From: a bacterium
GTDB taxonomy: Bacteria; SAR324; NAC60-12
Length of the DNA stretch: 64,000 bases
Reading direction: 5' to 3'
NCBI GenBank assembly: GCA_965205865.1
Contig: CBDBHR010000023.1
Span: 96,001-160,000, forward strand
Of this stretch, positions 9,816 to 20,399 are shown in pieces. The translations under genes and the position numbers were made by a program. Position 1 is the first letter of the stretch, and every line of letters begins with the position of its first letter. The notes under the pieces are model-generated. The model searched no databases and was not told the DNA's origin. It was given only the letters and a program-made list of their open reading frames with translations.

Positions 9816-10889
9816 TTAAGAAAGTTTTGAGGGAGAGCCCTCCCAGGGAATTCCTTGAAAAATGGCTTCGAGAGAAGATTCTGTCATCAGTCTCTCAATG
9901 AGGATTTCGAGGTCGTCGACCGACAGCGAAGCGAGACGATCTTGATAAGGTTTTGCCGTTTCACCAAATTTCTTTTGGAGTTGTTTATTGAGAATATGCT
10001 GTGCTTCTTCTTGACGACCTTTTTCGATTCCTTTCTCGATTCCTTTCTCGATTCCTTTCTCGATTCCTTTCTCGATTCCTTTTTGTTCTAATTGTTCAGC
10101 GACTGTCATAATGACCTCGTGAGCCTCTTCAAAGCTGAGCAGGGTTTGCACTTGTTGCACCACTTCCTCTTCTTTGAGATGGGAACTGGCTTTAAATAAA
10201 TAATAGAGTACCTCCTCAAGATACCGCAAACCACTGCCTTCTTCAAATAGTTTTTCAAACAAAGGCCAGATGACCGTGGCTAAAAGATCGGAAAGCTCTG
10301 GGGAATCGATATGTTTCATAATCATCAAAAACACTCTCAAAAACAAGGTTCCTTTGATTTGATCATCACTCATTCCTGATAAATCCACCAGGTGATACTC
10401 AAAGGAAGGCACATAGGGTTTGAGGGCCTCGGGAACCTTGAGAAAGTCATGAAAATGCAGGGCGGCGGTCCACTTTTTAGGACCTTGAAAAAGCGTAATG
10501 GGAAAAACAATGGGGAGCCCTTCTTGAGGAAATTGCTTCTGGTATTGCTCATAAATCCCCACTAAATAGCTCAAGTAGCGATAGCTCATCTTGGCTTCCG
10601 GCTCTTTTTGATGCTCGAAATGAATCAGGAAGAAGCCCTTGATTTCCTGGCCAGCGCTTCCTTTAAAACGAGTTTCATAAAGGAGATCACTTTTACGACT
10701 CTTCAACGCTTTTTGCACAAAGTCTCCTGGAGCTAGACGTAATTGGGACCAATCCATAATGGCTTGAATGGAATCAGGCAAATATTCTTTAAAAAAAGCC
10801 TCAGCCACCTTTAAATCGCTCCACTGCTGAATAAAAAAATCATTGTGAGGAGTACCTTTTCGTTTGGAGGGCTTTTTCGATTGGGCCAT
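9816..10889 (-). CDS. Rpn family recombination-promoting nuclease / putative transposase (YhgA-like)
   Basis: PHNDFF, SDLLY, FLIHFEHQ, and a C-terminal tandem (GIEK)n repeat encoded by a 12-bp repeat at about 10018-10085. Confidence 0.9.
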   Translation of the reverse strand: MAQSKKPSKRKGTPHNDFFIQQWSDLKVAEAFFKEYLPDSIQAIMDWSQLRLAPGDFVQKALKSRKSDLLYETRFKGSAGQEIKGFFLIHFEHQKEPEAKMSYRYLSYLVGIYEQYQKQFPQEGLPIVFPITLFQGPKKWTAALHFHDFLKVPEALKPYVPSFEYHLVDLSGMSDDQIKGTLFLRVFLMIMKHIDSPELSDLLATVIWPLFEKLFEEGSGLRYLEEVLYYLFKASSHLKEEEVVQQVQTLLSFEEAHEVIMTVAEQLEQKGIEKGIEKGIEKGIEKGIEKGRQEEAQHILNKQLQKKFGETAKPYQDRLASLSVDDLEILIERLMTESSLEAIFQGIPWEGSPSKLS

Positions 10890-11004
10890 GGTCCATGATC
10901 CTTTCTTGAGTGGGGAAGCCAGGTTTTATATAGGAAAATCGAAAAATTCGGTTTTTAGGCGCGGGCTCTGCCTTTTTTCTGCATTTCAGGGCTTGCAATC
11001 TAAT

Positions 11005-11127
11005 ATGGTGAGCCAGCCGTGGGTCAAAGGTTACAACGGGGAAGATGAGCTGGGAGCAATGAACCGTGTGCTCGTCTTAGCCTGCCTCTGGATTGACCAG
11101 GATCTGAAGCAAGAGATGGGCTTCTAA
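11005..11127 (+). pseudogene. Orphan 3' end of a family-5 SBP gene
   Basis: SQPWVKGYNGEDELGAMNRVLVLACLWIDQDLKQEMGF* matches the C-termini of the three full SBPs. Confidence 0.85.
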
Positions 11128-11155
11128 CCGAACCACCTACCCACTCACATTAGCT

Positions 11156-11195
11156 ACCCTCCCACCCACAGTGGGGATGGGAGGGTTTTTTATTT
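11156..11195 (+). terminator. Rho-independent terminator
   Basis: ccctcccacccac...gtggggatgggaggg stem followed by a T run, after the SBP remnant. Confidence 0.7.
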
Positions 11196-11204
11196 GCTTG
11201 GTGC

Positions 11205-11693
11205 TCATCTCTCTTGGTCATCGCTCGGCTCAGGCTCTTCTTTGATCGGTTCAAACTTGCCATTCATCGGATTCCAGACCTGTATCCCTTCCTTTTTTGC
11301 AGCTGCGTTTAAATCTCGATCACATGAAATCAGCAATTCCGTTCCGTCTATCAAAGCCGAAGCTAATTGAAAGGCATCACTCCCTTTAATTTTATGTTGC
11401 AACCCGATCTGATACGATTTTTCAATAACAGCAAGAGACGCATTGACAATGTTGAAGAGTTTTCATCTTTTCTGAAACCTGCTTACTGCTTCATCTAATT
11501 TTGGTTGGGTCAACTCTCGATTGCGGCGCATTGCTGACAACGCTGCGGCAATCTCGGCTTTTGTAATGACAGCCGTAGAAAATACGACGTCTTCTTGATG
11601 AACCTGCTCCACAACATATTGTTTGACTTCAGCGGAACCGGTTTCATTGACAAATTCTTTGACCAGGGCAGAGGTATCGAAATAGAGCTTCAT
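11205..11693 (-). pseudogene. PIN-domain (VapC-like) toxin with an in-frame TGA
   Basis: MKLYFDTSALVKEFVNETGS...RFQKR*KLFNIV...KGSDAFQLASAL...ISCDRDLNAAAKKEG; one frame, stop at 11463-11465. Confidence 0.85.
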
Positions 11694-11694
11694 C

Positions 11695-11919
11695 TTAGGG
11701 TTTACGATGTTCATAGATAATATTCGAAGCCAATCTTGCTCCCGGTTCAGGATCAATTGCCTTAAATTCTTCAAAGGCCGCTTTATCCCCAATTTGAATA
11801 TACGGACTCTTCTGCTCTGCTTGCTCTGCTTCGACAATCACTCGTATCTCAGCATCAGCGGGAAGGTGATGCCGTTGGACTTGTGTGGGAAACTCCTTAA
11901 CCGTTGTGGTAAATTCCAT
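11695..11919 (-). CDS. Putative antitoxin upstream of the PIN toxin
   Basis: 74-aa ORF (MEFTTTVKEF...) ending 1 bp before the toxin start; positional inference. Confidence 0.6.
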   Translation of the reverse strand: MEFTTTVKEFPTQVQRHHLPADAEIRVIVEAEQAEQKSPYIQIGDKAAFEEFKAIDPEPGARLASNIIYEHRKP

Positions 11920-12025
11920 GCTAACCTTTTTGAAAATCGTTCCTGTGACAAAGGGATTATACCCTACTTTTTCAAATTCTACATGAACCCCGGAATTAAG
12001 CAAATCTAAGCTTCAAAAAAGAAAA

Positions 12026-12550
12026 GATGGGCGGTGGAGGAGAAGATCATAGATGGTGATGATCTACCCGGCCATCTGGTGGGGCTGGACACCGCCGCTG
12101 ACCTACGTCGGCTTCACCGAAGACCCCTGGGCCAATCTGGGCATACTCATCATCCCCGCGCTGATTCTGGGGACCTATCTGGCAGCGAGCACCATGCGCA
12201 TGACGCGCACGATGATGCTGGAGGTGCTGCGCCAGGACTACGTGAGGACCGCGTGGGCCAAGGGCCTCAAGGAGCGCAGGGTGGTGCTGCGCCACGCGGT
12301 GAAGAACGCCCTCATCCCGGTGGTGTCGCTCATCGCCTTGCAGATCCCCATCATCGCCGGTGGCTCGGTCATCATCGAGAACATCTTCAACCTGCCGGGG
12401 CTCGGCCGCTTCATGTTGAGTGCCCTCAACGAGCGCGACTACCCTGTGGTTTCCGGCATCAACCTGCTCTTCGCCTCGGTCGTGGTGGTGATCAACCTGA
12501 TCACCGACCTGACGTACGCCTTCCTCGATCCGAGGATTCGCTATGAGTGA
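12026..12550 (+). pseudogene. DppB-like permease, 3' half
   Basis: Short gcggtggaggagaagatcatagat piece joined to MVMIYPAIWWGW...DPRIRYE; N-terminal half missing. Confidence 0.85.
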
Positions 12551-13526
12551 GCCACTTCCAGTCGATCCTGGCGGCACGGAGGGCGCTCCCGCAGCCGAGC
12601 GCTGCCGGCCCGTTGCAAGCTTCTTCCGCCGGCTCCTGAAGGAGCAACCGCTGGGAACCGTTGGCGGCCTGATCGTCCTGGCGTTGGTATTCATCACCAT
12701 CTTTGCCGACCAGCTGGCGCCCTACGAATTCGACCGAGGACGAGTGCAAGACCGGATGAAGGAACCGTCGGTCGAGCACCTGCTCGGCACCGACCACGTT
12801 GGACGCGATTTTTTGAGCCGTCTCATCATCGGTGCTCGCCTCTCGATTACGGTCGGGCTGGCGGCAACGGTGTTGAACGTCATCGTCGCCCTGCTCGTCG
12901 GTGGCACGACCGGCTTCATCGGCGGGCGGGTGGACATTTACGCGCAGCGGTTCGTCGATGCGTGGATGTCCTTTCCCGGATTACTCCTGCTGCTCACCAT
13001 CATGTCGATCACCGGCCGTGGTGTGTTGCAGATCATCCTGGTGCTTGGCATCACCGGTGGTATCCCCGCCTCGCGGGTGGTACGCGGCGCGGTGATCGGC
13101 ATCAAGGGAAACGACTACTTCCAGGCTGCCAAGGCGCTGGGAGCCCGCAAGAGCCGGATCTTCTTCCGCCATGTGCTGCCCAATATCGCTGCGCCGCTCA
13201 TTGTCATCTTCAGCATCAACGTCGGTGGCGTCATCATCGCGGAGGCTTCGCTGAGCTTCCTGGGCTTCGGCCTGCCGGCGAACATCCCGAGTTGGGGCGG
13301 CATGCTGAGTCGCGAGGGTCGGCAGTACATGGAGGTTGCGCCGCGACTGGCGCTCTGGCCTGGACTGTGCCTGACCGTGACCGTCTACAGCCTCAACCTG
13401 TTCGGCGATGCCATGCGGGATCTGCTCGACCCCAGGCTACGGGGTGCTCAGGGAAGTTACGGCGCCGCAAAGAAGAAACGCAAAAAAGGGTTCCTCACCC
13501 GGCTCCTCTCCTCTTTCAATTGGTAA
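12543..13526 (+). CDS. Peptide/nickel ABC transporter permease (DppC/OppC-like)
   Basis: HLLGTDHVGRDFLSRLIIGARLS, FRHVLPN, EASLSFLGFG, WGGML, GDAMRDLLDPR. Confidence 0.93.
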   Translation: MSEPLPVDPGGTEGAPAAERCRPVASFFRRLLKEQPLGTVGGLIVLALVFITIFADQLAPYEFDRGRVQDRMKEPSVEHLLGTDHVGRDFLSRLIIGARLSITVGLAATVLNVIVALLVGGTTGFIGGRVDIYAQRFVDAWMSFPGLLLLLTIMSITGRGVLQIILVLGITGGIPASRVVRGAVIGIKGNDYFQAAKALGARKSRIFFRHVLPNIAAPLIVIFSINVGGVIIAEASLSFLGFGLPANIPSWGGMLSREGRQYMEVAPRLALWPGLCLTVTVYSLNLFGDAMRDLLDPRLRGAQGSYGAAKKKRKKGFLTRLLSSFNW

Positions 13527-13711
13527 GCGCATAAAAGCAGCTTCCAGAATAGATCCGCATCATTGGAAGTGATTTTGGAATAGTTCCAAGTCTGCTCCCC
13601 CTGAAAAAACACATTGGAAAGATAGGCTTGAGCTTTTGTTGATCAGGATCGGAAAACGAGCACCACTTGGTGCTGTGAGTTACGAAAGTACTGCAGTTCT
13701 CTGCGTCTTGC

Positions 13712-13826
13712 CCGTGGCTCAAAGGCTATAAAAGGTGAAACCGACTTGTATGATATTTACCATGCTGTTATCGTTTTTTCCCGCCGCTGGATTGACCAGG
13801 AGCTGAAGAAAGAAATGGGGTTTTAG
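13712..13826 (+). pseudogene. Second orphan, frameshifted 3' end of a family-5 SBP gene
   Basis: PWLKGY.GETDLYDIYHAVIVFSRRWIDQELKKEMGF*. Confidence 0.8.
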
Positions 13827-13934
13827 TATTTTCCGGTTAAACGTATCGTCAAGACGGTGAAGTGCGGGATGGCGGCAGAAGCCCGCCATCCCACGATGGT
13901 GCTGTTCCCTGTAGAAAGGCGAAAACAGAATACG

Positions 13935-14704
13935 CTAATCCTTTTCATTTTTTTGTGGGGCATTGGCTCGACTTCGCTTTTGCCCCTTTTCCAGATACTT
14001 CTGAATCTCTTCCAGAGAAAACCGTTTAAGGATCTCATCGGTCGACAGCACACCTAAATGATCACGCACATAATCTTTTTGAAAATCTTCCATCGTATAG
14101 GCCATTTCTAATCCTTCCAAGTGATAGTTCTCAAAGAGTTGATTTAATATCGTGCTGATTTCCCGGGTATGCCCACGGTTTTGACGCGCGGCAAACTCCA
14201 CTTCTCCGGGAATCCCACTGAATAAATGCCAAATCGTATTATGCTCCGCATGCGCGATCTCACTCAGTACAATCATCCGAATGAGATCACTCCCCCGCTG
14301 AATCTCATAGACTCCCTCTTGTATCGCCTGGAACTCAACCTGTGAAGCGAGTTTCTGTGGATAGCGGGAACTCACGCCATAGAGTTGAAATTCCTCTTCA
14401 GCTAACAGATCCTGGAACGAGGGACTGATCTGCATGCGATAATTCACATAATGCCCGGTCAGTTCTTTCAAGGCCCAATCGTCAAAGGGTTCTCTCAACG
14501 ATTTGTAACTGAGCAGATTATATTGCCTCAGATTGTCCAAGCCATCCGGTAAGGGTTCGATCGGATTGCCTGTATCTTTCCTCAGAATAACGACATCCAG
14601 CAGCTGTCTTTTGAGAGATAGATCTTTTTCCAACTCTACAACCCAGGAGGAATCGGTAAAAAATCGGTGAGCGCCAAGCCAAAGAGGCGATGCCAGTTTA
14701 TCAT
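13935..14704 (-). pseudogene. Frameshifted copy of the hypothetical (Rpn-like) gene at 26697-27485
   Basis: Near-identical DNA; A6 at 14658-14663 against A7 in the intact copy breaks the N-terminus. Confidence 0.85.
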
Positions 14705-14874
14705 TTTCCTTTCATCGGCTGAATGACAAAATACACTTGATTATCATTTTATTGTGCCAATCTATAGAAAAACGCACAAGTGCAAATTGTCTTTGAAAAG
14801 GAAATTCTTTCTCTCTATTCCTCTTACTCTACGACCATTGGCCTTTTCTTCCTGCTCTTTCTCTGCTCAAAGTT

Positions 14875-15310
14875 CAACGAGGACCCGCTGGGGAACCTCG
14901 GAGTGTTCCTCATTCCCAGCCTGATTCTGGGGACGGCCTCTTCTGCCGCCACCATGCGGATGATGCGCACCATGATGCTGGAAGTGCTCCGCCAAGACTA
15001 TATCCGCGCCGCCTGGTCCAAGGGACTCCGGGAGCGGGTCGTGATTATCCGGCACACCATCAAAAATGCCCTCATCCCGGTGGTGACCCTGATCGGCCTG
15101 CAGTTGCCGATCCTGGTGGGGGGTGCGGTGATCATGGAGAACATCTTCAACCTGCCGGGACTCGGTCGTCTCCTGGTAAATGCCCTCAATGACCGAGACT
15201 ACCCAATGGTCTCCGGAGTCAACCTCTTTTTTGCTACCGGCGTGGTGCTGCTCAACCTTCTCATCGACCTGATTTATCCCTATTTGGACCCGAGAGTGAG
15301 GTATGAATAA
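14875..15310 (+). pseudogene. DppB-like permease, 3' fragment
   Basis: EDPLGNLGVFLIP...DPRVRYE fused to an unrelated upstream sequence that recurs at about 29230-29360. Confidence 0.85.
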
Positions 15311-15622
15311 GGCCAGCGGGCGGTGCCTTCCAAACACCCGCCATTTTTCGTGGCATACTTCCCTCCAGGATAAGGGATTGCTGTGGGGGTCCCCGTCTTC
15401 TGCCTTCCGTGTCACAAAACCATGTCCCATTGAAAAACGCCATCTCTTGTTTATTGTTCTTTATTTCCGTTTTTGCTATAGTGCTGACACGATACAATGT
15501 GAGAAAAAGCAAGAAATTCGATGAACATGATCTGATCAGAGAGGAATTCGAAAAGGTGCGGAAGGAAATTTATCCTCACAAACCTATCACACTATAAACC
15601 AAATCATTCCAGTACGGGAACC

Positions 15623-15886
15623 ATGAAAGTATTATTAGAACTACCGGATGATGTTCGATCTCTGCCTTTGGAAAAGCAGAAAGAAGAGGTTCTAAGAGCC
15701 TATCAAGCACTCCAACCGGAAAAAGAGTCAAAAAATAGACCTATGGAACCTAAAAAATCAAAATGGTCAAGGATTGTGGAAGAAATTGAAAATGATCGTA
15801 CACTGGATTTAAAGGGATACTCTGTATACCTACAAAAAGATATGCAAGAATTTCGCGAAAATTTTACATTCAGTCATGATCAATAA
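15623..15886 (+). CDS. Putative antitoxin
   Basis: Small ORF directly upstream of a PIN toxin. Confidence 0.6.
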   Translation: MKVLLELPDDVRSLPLEKQKEEVLRAYQALQPEKESKNRPMEPKKSKWSRIVEEIENDRTLDLKGYSVYLQKDMQEFRENFTFSHDQ

Positions 15887-15891
15887 TTTCA

Positions 15892-16341
15892 ATGAAGTAT
15901 TTACTGGATTCCAATACTATCTCCATGCTTTACGATTCTCGAGCAGTAGAACATAGCTCTATTAAATCCAGACTGGAAAGTCTAGATGATGAAGCGGATC
16001 AAGTTTTCGTTTCGGTTTTGACCATTTATGAAATGGAATTTGGGAAGGCCAATGCCCCGGATGATAAAGTAAAGATCATTCAAAAAGACATCCAGCATAC
16101 CTTAAAAAACTTTTCTCTGCTGATCCTCTCTATTCAAGGGGCCTCCCGCTTCGGTGATTTGAAAAAGCGACTAAAGGATTCTAGAAAAATATCTCCTGGT
16201 AATATGAGAAAACACAATGTTGATCTGATGCTCGCTAGTACGGCCATTGTAGAATCTAGTAGTCTTGTTAGTGCAGATAGTATTTATATCGAACTTCAAC
16301 AGCTGGAATCCCAGTTAATAATTGAAAATTGGACGACTTAA
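15892..16341 (+). CDS. PIN-domain (VapC-like) toxin
   Basis: MKYLLDSNTIS...VSVLTIYEMEFG...DLMLASTA...LVSAD...IENW. Confidence 0.88.
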   Translation: MKYLLDSNTISMLYDSRAVEHSSIKSRLESLDDEADQVFVSVLTIYEMEFGKANAPDDKVKIIQKDIQHTLKNFSLLILSIQGASRFGDLKKRLKDSRKISPGNMRKHNVDLMLASTAIVESSSLVSADSIYIELQQLESQLIIENWTT

Positions 16342-16389
16342 GGGAGAGTCGGAGGGTGTTCCAAGGAATCCTTTGAAAAATAACTTCTG

Positions 16390-17120
16390 GAGTGGAGGAA
16401 AAGATTATAAAAAGACAGCTGGTCACCCTTGAGTTGGGGATAATGGCCATACTCATTGGGCTGGTTATCGTGCTACCGGTGGGCATCTACTCGGCGATTC
16501 ACCAGGATAAGGTCGCCGACTACTTGTAGAGCTCCATTGCCATCATCGACCTGGCAACGCCGAACTTCTGGCTGTGCGTGATGGTGATGATCTACCCGGC
16601 CATCTGGTGGGGCTGGGCGCCGCCGCTGGAACTGGTTTCCTTCACCGAAGACCCGCTGGGAAATCTGGCGGTGTTCCTCATTCCCAGCCTGATTCCGGGA
16701 ACGGCCTCGGCGGTTGCCACCATACGGATGATGCGTACTATGATGCTGGAGGTGCTCCGGCAGGACTATATCCGCACTGCTTTGTCCAAGGGGCTCCGGG
16801 AGCGGGTCGTGATTATCCGGCACACCATCTAGTATGCTTTCATCCCGGTGGTCACGCGTTCAGCCGGGCTTATTTGCCGCGCTGCGGACGCCCAACCTCT
16901 CTGCGCTTTGAAATTGACGATCCTGGTAGGCGGCGCCGTGATCATGGAAAACATCTTCAATCTGCCGGGGTTCGGGTGTCTCATGTTAGTGGCCCTCAAC
17001 GAGCGCGACTACCCCGTGGTTTCCGGCATCAACCTGCTGTTCGCCTCGGTCGTGGTGGTGATCAACCTCCTCACCGACATGACGTACGCCTTCCTGGATC
17101 CGGGGATCTGCTATGAGTGA
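16390..17120 (+). pseudogene. Degraded DppB-like permease
   Basis: Permease motifs with in-frame stops (for example tag near 16527 and 16830) and a short foreign insert near 16855-16915. Confidence 0.85.
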
Positions 17121-18102
17121 GACGCTCCCGGTCGACGATGGCGGCGGGACCGGCGCATCGGGCGCTCTCGCTGCCGGGCGCCGCCGACTCGTTGCGAGCT
17201 TCTTGCGCCGGCTGCTGAGGGAGCAACCGCTGGGAGCCGTTGGTGACCTGATCGTCCTGGCGCTGGTGTTCATCACCATCTTTGCGCAGCAGCTGGCGCC
17301 CTACGAATTCGACCGTGGACGGGTGCAAGAGCGCATGCAGGGGCCGTCGGCCGAGCACCTGCTCGGCACCGACCACGTTGGCCGCGACTTTTTGAGCCGA
17401 CTCATCATTGGCGCGCGCCTCTCGATCACGGTCGGGCTGACGGCGACGGTGATGAACGTCATCGTCGCCTTGCTCATCGGTGGCACGACCGGCTTCATCG
17501 GCGGGCGGGTGGACATCTACGCGCAGCGGTTCGTCGATGCGTGGACATCCTTTCCCGGATTACACCTGCTGCTCACCATTATGTCGATCACCGGTCGTGG
17601 CGTATTGCAGATCATCCTGGTGCCCGGCATCACCGGTGGCATTCCCGCCTCGCGGGTGGTACGCGGCGCGGTGATCAGCATCAAGGAAAACGACTACTTC
17701 CAGGCCGCCAAGGCGCTGAGAGCCAGCAAGAGCCGTATCTTCTTCCGCAATGTGCTGCCCAATATCGCCGCATCGCTCATTGTCATCTTCAGCATCAACG
17801 TCGGCGGCGTCATCATCGCTGAGGCTTCGCTGAGCTTCCTGGGCTTCGGCCTGCCGGCGAACGTGCCGAACTGGGGCGGCATGCTGAGTCGCGAGGGTCG
17901 CCAGTACATGGAGATTGCGCCGCGGCTGGCGCTCTGGCCGGGGCTGTGCCTGACCGTGACTGTCTATAGTCTCAACCTGTTCGGCGATGCCATGCGGGAT
18001 CTGCTCGACCCCAGGCTGCGGGGTGCTCAGGGAAGTTACTGCGCCACAAAGAGGAAACGCAAACGAGGATTCCTCACCCGGCTCCTCTCCCCTTTCAATT
18101 AG
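17113..18102 (+). CDS. DppC-like permease, close paralog of 12543-13526
   Basis: Same motifs and near-identical protein. Confidence 0.9.
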   Translation: MSETLPVDDGGGTGASGALAAGRRRLVASFLRRLLREQPLGAVGDLIVLALVFITIFAQQLAPYEFDRGRVQERMQGPSAEHLLGTDHVGRDFLSRLIIGARLSITVGLTATVMNVIVALLIGGTTGFIGGRVDIYAQRFVDAWTSFPGLHLLLTIMSITGRGVLQIILVPGITGGIPASRVVRGAVISIKENDYFQAAKALRASKSRIFFRNVLPNIAASLIVIFSINVGGVIIAEASLSFLGFGLPANVPNWGGMLSREGRQYMEIAPRLALWPGLCLTVTVYSLNLFGDAMRDLLDPRLRGAQGSYCATKRKRKRGFLTRLLSPFN

Positions 18103-18344
18103 TGAGCGCACAGAACGCCCCACCCATCCACTGTAGCGCCTTAAAACTGGATGTAGTGTTTCTTCAAAATATTTTATAAAATAGTCTATATTGCTTTTTT
18201 GTTTAAAATGCCGGCAAAGATAGCGGACGAATATCGAGCGACTAGCATCATGACGCTTAAAACCAGCATTTAACTTTCATCCCTTGCATGATTCTATCAA
18301 CGAATCCGAAGGTGGCCCCACTGAGAGGTTGTCCTGTAGGACTC

Positions 18345-18692
18345 CTATAAGGCATCTTGATATATGCATGCATCCAAGATACTCAAAACTTCTTCTAAGA
18401 TTTGAGTTGAAGCTTTTTCAACAAACTTGAGTTTACGACTGTGATAATCAATGGATTTAACTTGTTCTACCATAATGTAACCCGTTAATGATGAGTCATT
18501 TGGTACTGGAACATGGAAAGGAATATTGCGATGAGATTTCGTGATTGGACAGACGATAGTAAGACCTGTTGCCTTGTTAAACACTTCATTGCTAACAACT
18601 ATCGCAGGACACCGTCCCTTTTGTTCATGCCCTGATTGTGAATCGAACGTTATTATTACAAAGTCTCCCTTTTGTGGAATATATCGAGGCAT
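18345..18692 (-). CDS. mazF: MazF/PemK toxin
   Basis: YIPQKGDFVIITFDSQSGHEQKGRCPAIVVSN...CPIT...EQVKSIDY. Confidence 0.9.
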   Translation of the reverse strand: MPRYIPQKGDFVIITFDSQSGHEQKGRCPAIVVSNEVFNKATGLTIVCPITKSHRNIPFHVPVPNDSSLTGYIMVEQVKSIDYHSRKLKFVEKASTQILEEVLSILDACIYQDAL

Positions 18693-18941
18693 TTACCATT
18701 CCTCCTGCCCAATGGGCTCTCCCCAGTCTTCTTCTTGTGGTTTGTAATCCTTTGGCATCTTTGCAACCAACTCTTTGATATCATACCTTCCATGTACTTT
18801 ATTGATAGATTCAATGATTATTTTCCCTTCTTGAACAGATATATCCACTTCTTCTCCAACTTTGATTTGAGAATCATGAAGAAGGCTTTTAGGAATTCTA
18901 ATCCCCTGACTATTTCCCCATTGCTGAACTTTAGATAACAT
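18693..18941 (-). CDS. mazE: MazE/AbrB antitoxin
   Basis: MLSKVQQWGNSQGIRIPK...DWGEPIGQEEW. Confidence 0.9.
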   Translation of the reverse strand: MLSKVQQWGNSQGIRIPKSLLHDSQIKVGEEVDISVQEGKIIIESINKVHGRYDIKELVAKMPKDYKPQEEDWGEPIGQEEW

Positions 18942-19042
18942 TGTCCATTCTCCTTTCTGCTCTACAAATATTATGTATATCCTTAGTATATACAAGCAAC
19001 TCAAGGTTGCAAGCACTTTTAATCAAGTGAATTTCTCTTGTT

Positions 19043-19072
19043 AGCTAATGCCGAAGTGAGCGGCGTCCACCA
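19043..19072 (-). other. Right half of an attC-like site upstream of mazEF
   Basis: Minus strand GGTGGACGCCGCTCACTTCGGCATTAGCT resembles the 3' arm of the attC-like site at 33552-33676 (GTT mutated to ATT). Confidence 0.45.
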
Positions 19073-19087
19073 TCAGCATTGCTATTG

Positions 19088-20078
19088 AGATTATTTCATT
19101 TGACGTTTCATTCTTCAAATAAACTATCCCGGAGCAAGCTCTCTCGTTGAGGCTCGATTTTCGCTTCGCACGAGCGGAGAATTTTGTCGGATTATCTTTT
19201 TTTCAATGCAGCAATGGTACGCCGAGCGGCTGCGGCGAGTCAGACCCGAATGAGATTAATAGTTTTTCCTCAATTTCTTTCATCCTGTTTACCAAATCTT
19301 TGTCTGTTTTGACGCGTTTTAGTAAAATTCGAATGGCATTGCTTAAGGTGACGCCATCTCGACCACAACGCTCTCCCCAGACTTCCAATGTTAGATTTTC
19401 TGATTCTCGCACTATCCAGGCAATAACCGACCTTGCTTCAGAGGTTTTCCTTTCTTTCCCCTTGGCAATGAGTTGTTTTTCATTGATGCGACACAATTGA
19501 CAAACCGCCTGAATAATTTCTTCCAACTCCAATGTTTGGTGAATGGGCTCTCCCGCTTGTTGTAATGCACTTTCCGCAAAGTGATCATCTCTCAAAATCC
19601 TTCCTTCTTTATTCCCTATTTCGAACTCAGAGGGTAGGGTGTCCTCCAGGGCTTCCTCAACATAGCGACGATACATCCGGCGAGCATGACCTAGTTTTCT
19701 TGCTATTTTTCCTTCCGGTTGCTCTCAAGTCTGGAACTATGCTAACCACAATGGTTCTGACTTTTTTTTTAATTCTTAATAAATTGAAAATAAATCATTT
19801 CAAATACTTAGAAAAAGTATCTGAATTATTTACAACTCCGAGTCAGTTTCTCAGTTTGAAATAATTCAAGCAATTCCGAAGACTGTGTCATTCCTGGCTT
19901 GCCCAGGAATCCAGAATATTTACTGATGAACTTCTGGATTCCTGGGCAAGCCAGGAATGACATTGATTCTGTGTACAGAACAAAGAATACTTCATAGGTA
20001 TTTCAAAACTGTTAGAAGTATTGCTAACCATAGAATTTAACAAAATACAATTTAATCATTTAATCAAAGGCCTGACCC
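19088..20078 (-). mobile_element. Copy 1 of a non-autonomous element derived from a RAYT/Y1-type transposase 3' end, with a nested MITE
   Basis: About 700 bp shared with 30009-30730 and 32211-32930; encodes YRRYVEE...ILGDDHF...RSVIAW-type C-terminal HTH region; right end taatcaaaggcctgaccc. Confidence 0.75.
19749..20023. mobile_element. MITE-like insertion of about 275 bp
   Basis: Absent from the other two copies; ends CAATGGTTCTGAC / GTTAGAAGTATTG (imperfect IR); flanked by duplicated ctaacca; contains a gtcattcctgg...ccaggaatgac palindrome. Confidence 0.7.
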
Positions 20079-20090
20079 ATTTTTTGGATC

Positions 20091-20390
20091 TTAGGCCACT
20101 TCTAAAGGTTGGATTCTTTCAAGAACTCCTATCAGCTCTCGTTCTTTTTTTCGAATTTCCAATTCGGTTTGAATGTTTAACAGGTATTTGGGATCCATTC
20201 CGAAGTATATTCCCAATTTTAAAGCAACTTCCGAAGATAAGGCTCGTTTTCCATGAAGGACATTGCGCAAAGTCATCTGAGGAATTCCCGCCTCTTTACA
20301 AACTCGGTAGGCCGTCACTTCATAAGCTTCGAGCAATTCTTCCTGAATGATCGTTCCAATATGGCCCAGTTCTATCCATTCGTTACTCAT
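20091..20390 (-). CDS. higA: HigA family antitoxin (HTH)
   Basis: HIGTIIQEELL...LHGKRALSSEVALKLGIYFGMDPKYLLNIQ. Confidence 0.9.
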   Translation of the reverse strand: MSNEWIELGHIGTIIQEELLEAYEVTAYRVCKEAGIPQMTLRNVLHGKRALSSEVALKLGIYFGMDPKYLLNIQTELEIRKKERELIGVLERIQPLEVA

Positions 20391-20399
20391 GCGATTCTC

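Noticed and set aside
10018-10085. Short tandem repeats (also 26761-26814 and 34803-34871) as a CRISPR array
   Set aside because: No unique spacers and no cas genes; these are coding or simple repeats
11463-11465. TGA in the PIN toxin (and at 4411 in the UPF0175 remnant) as selenocysteine or alternative-code read-through
   Set aside because: Not at Cys-type positions, no SECIS-like hairpin, and TGA is a normal stop in other genes here (guaA, gcvH)
12034-13534. Long overlapping alternative-frame and antisense ORFs over the permease genes
   Set aside because: Expected shadow ORFs of GC-rich coding DNA
18290-18345. attC site directly after mazF
   Set aside because: A GTT box is present but the arms pair poorly
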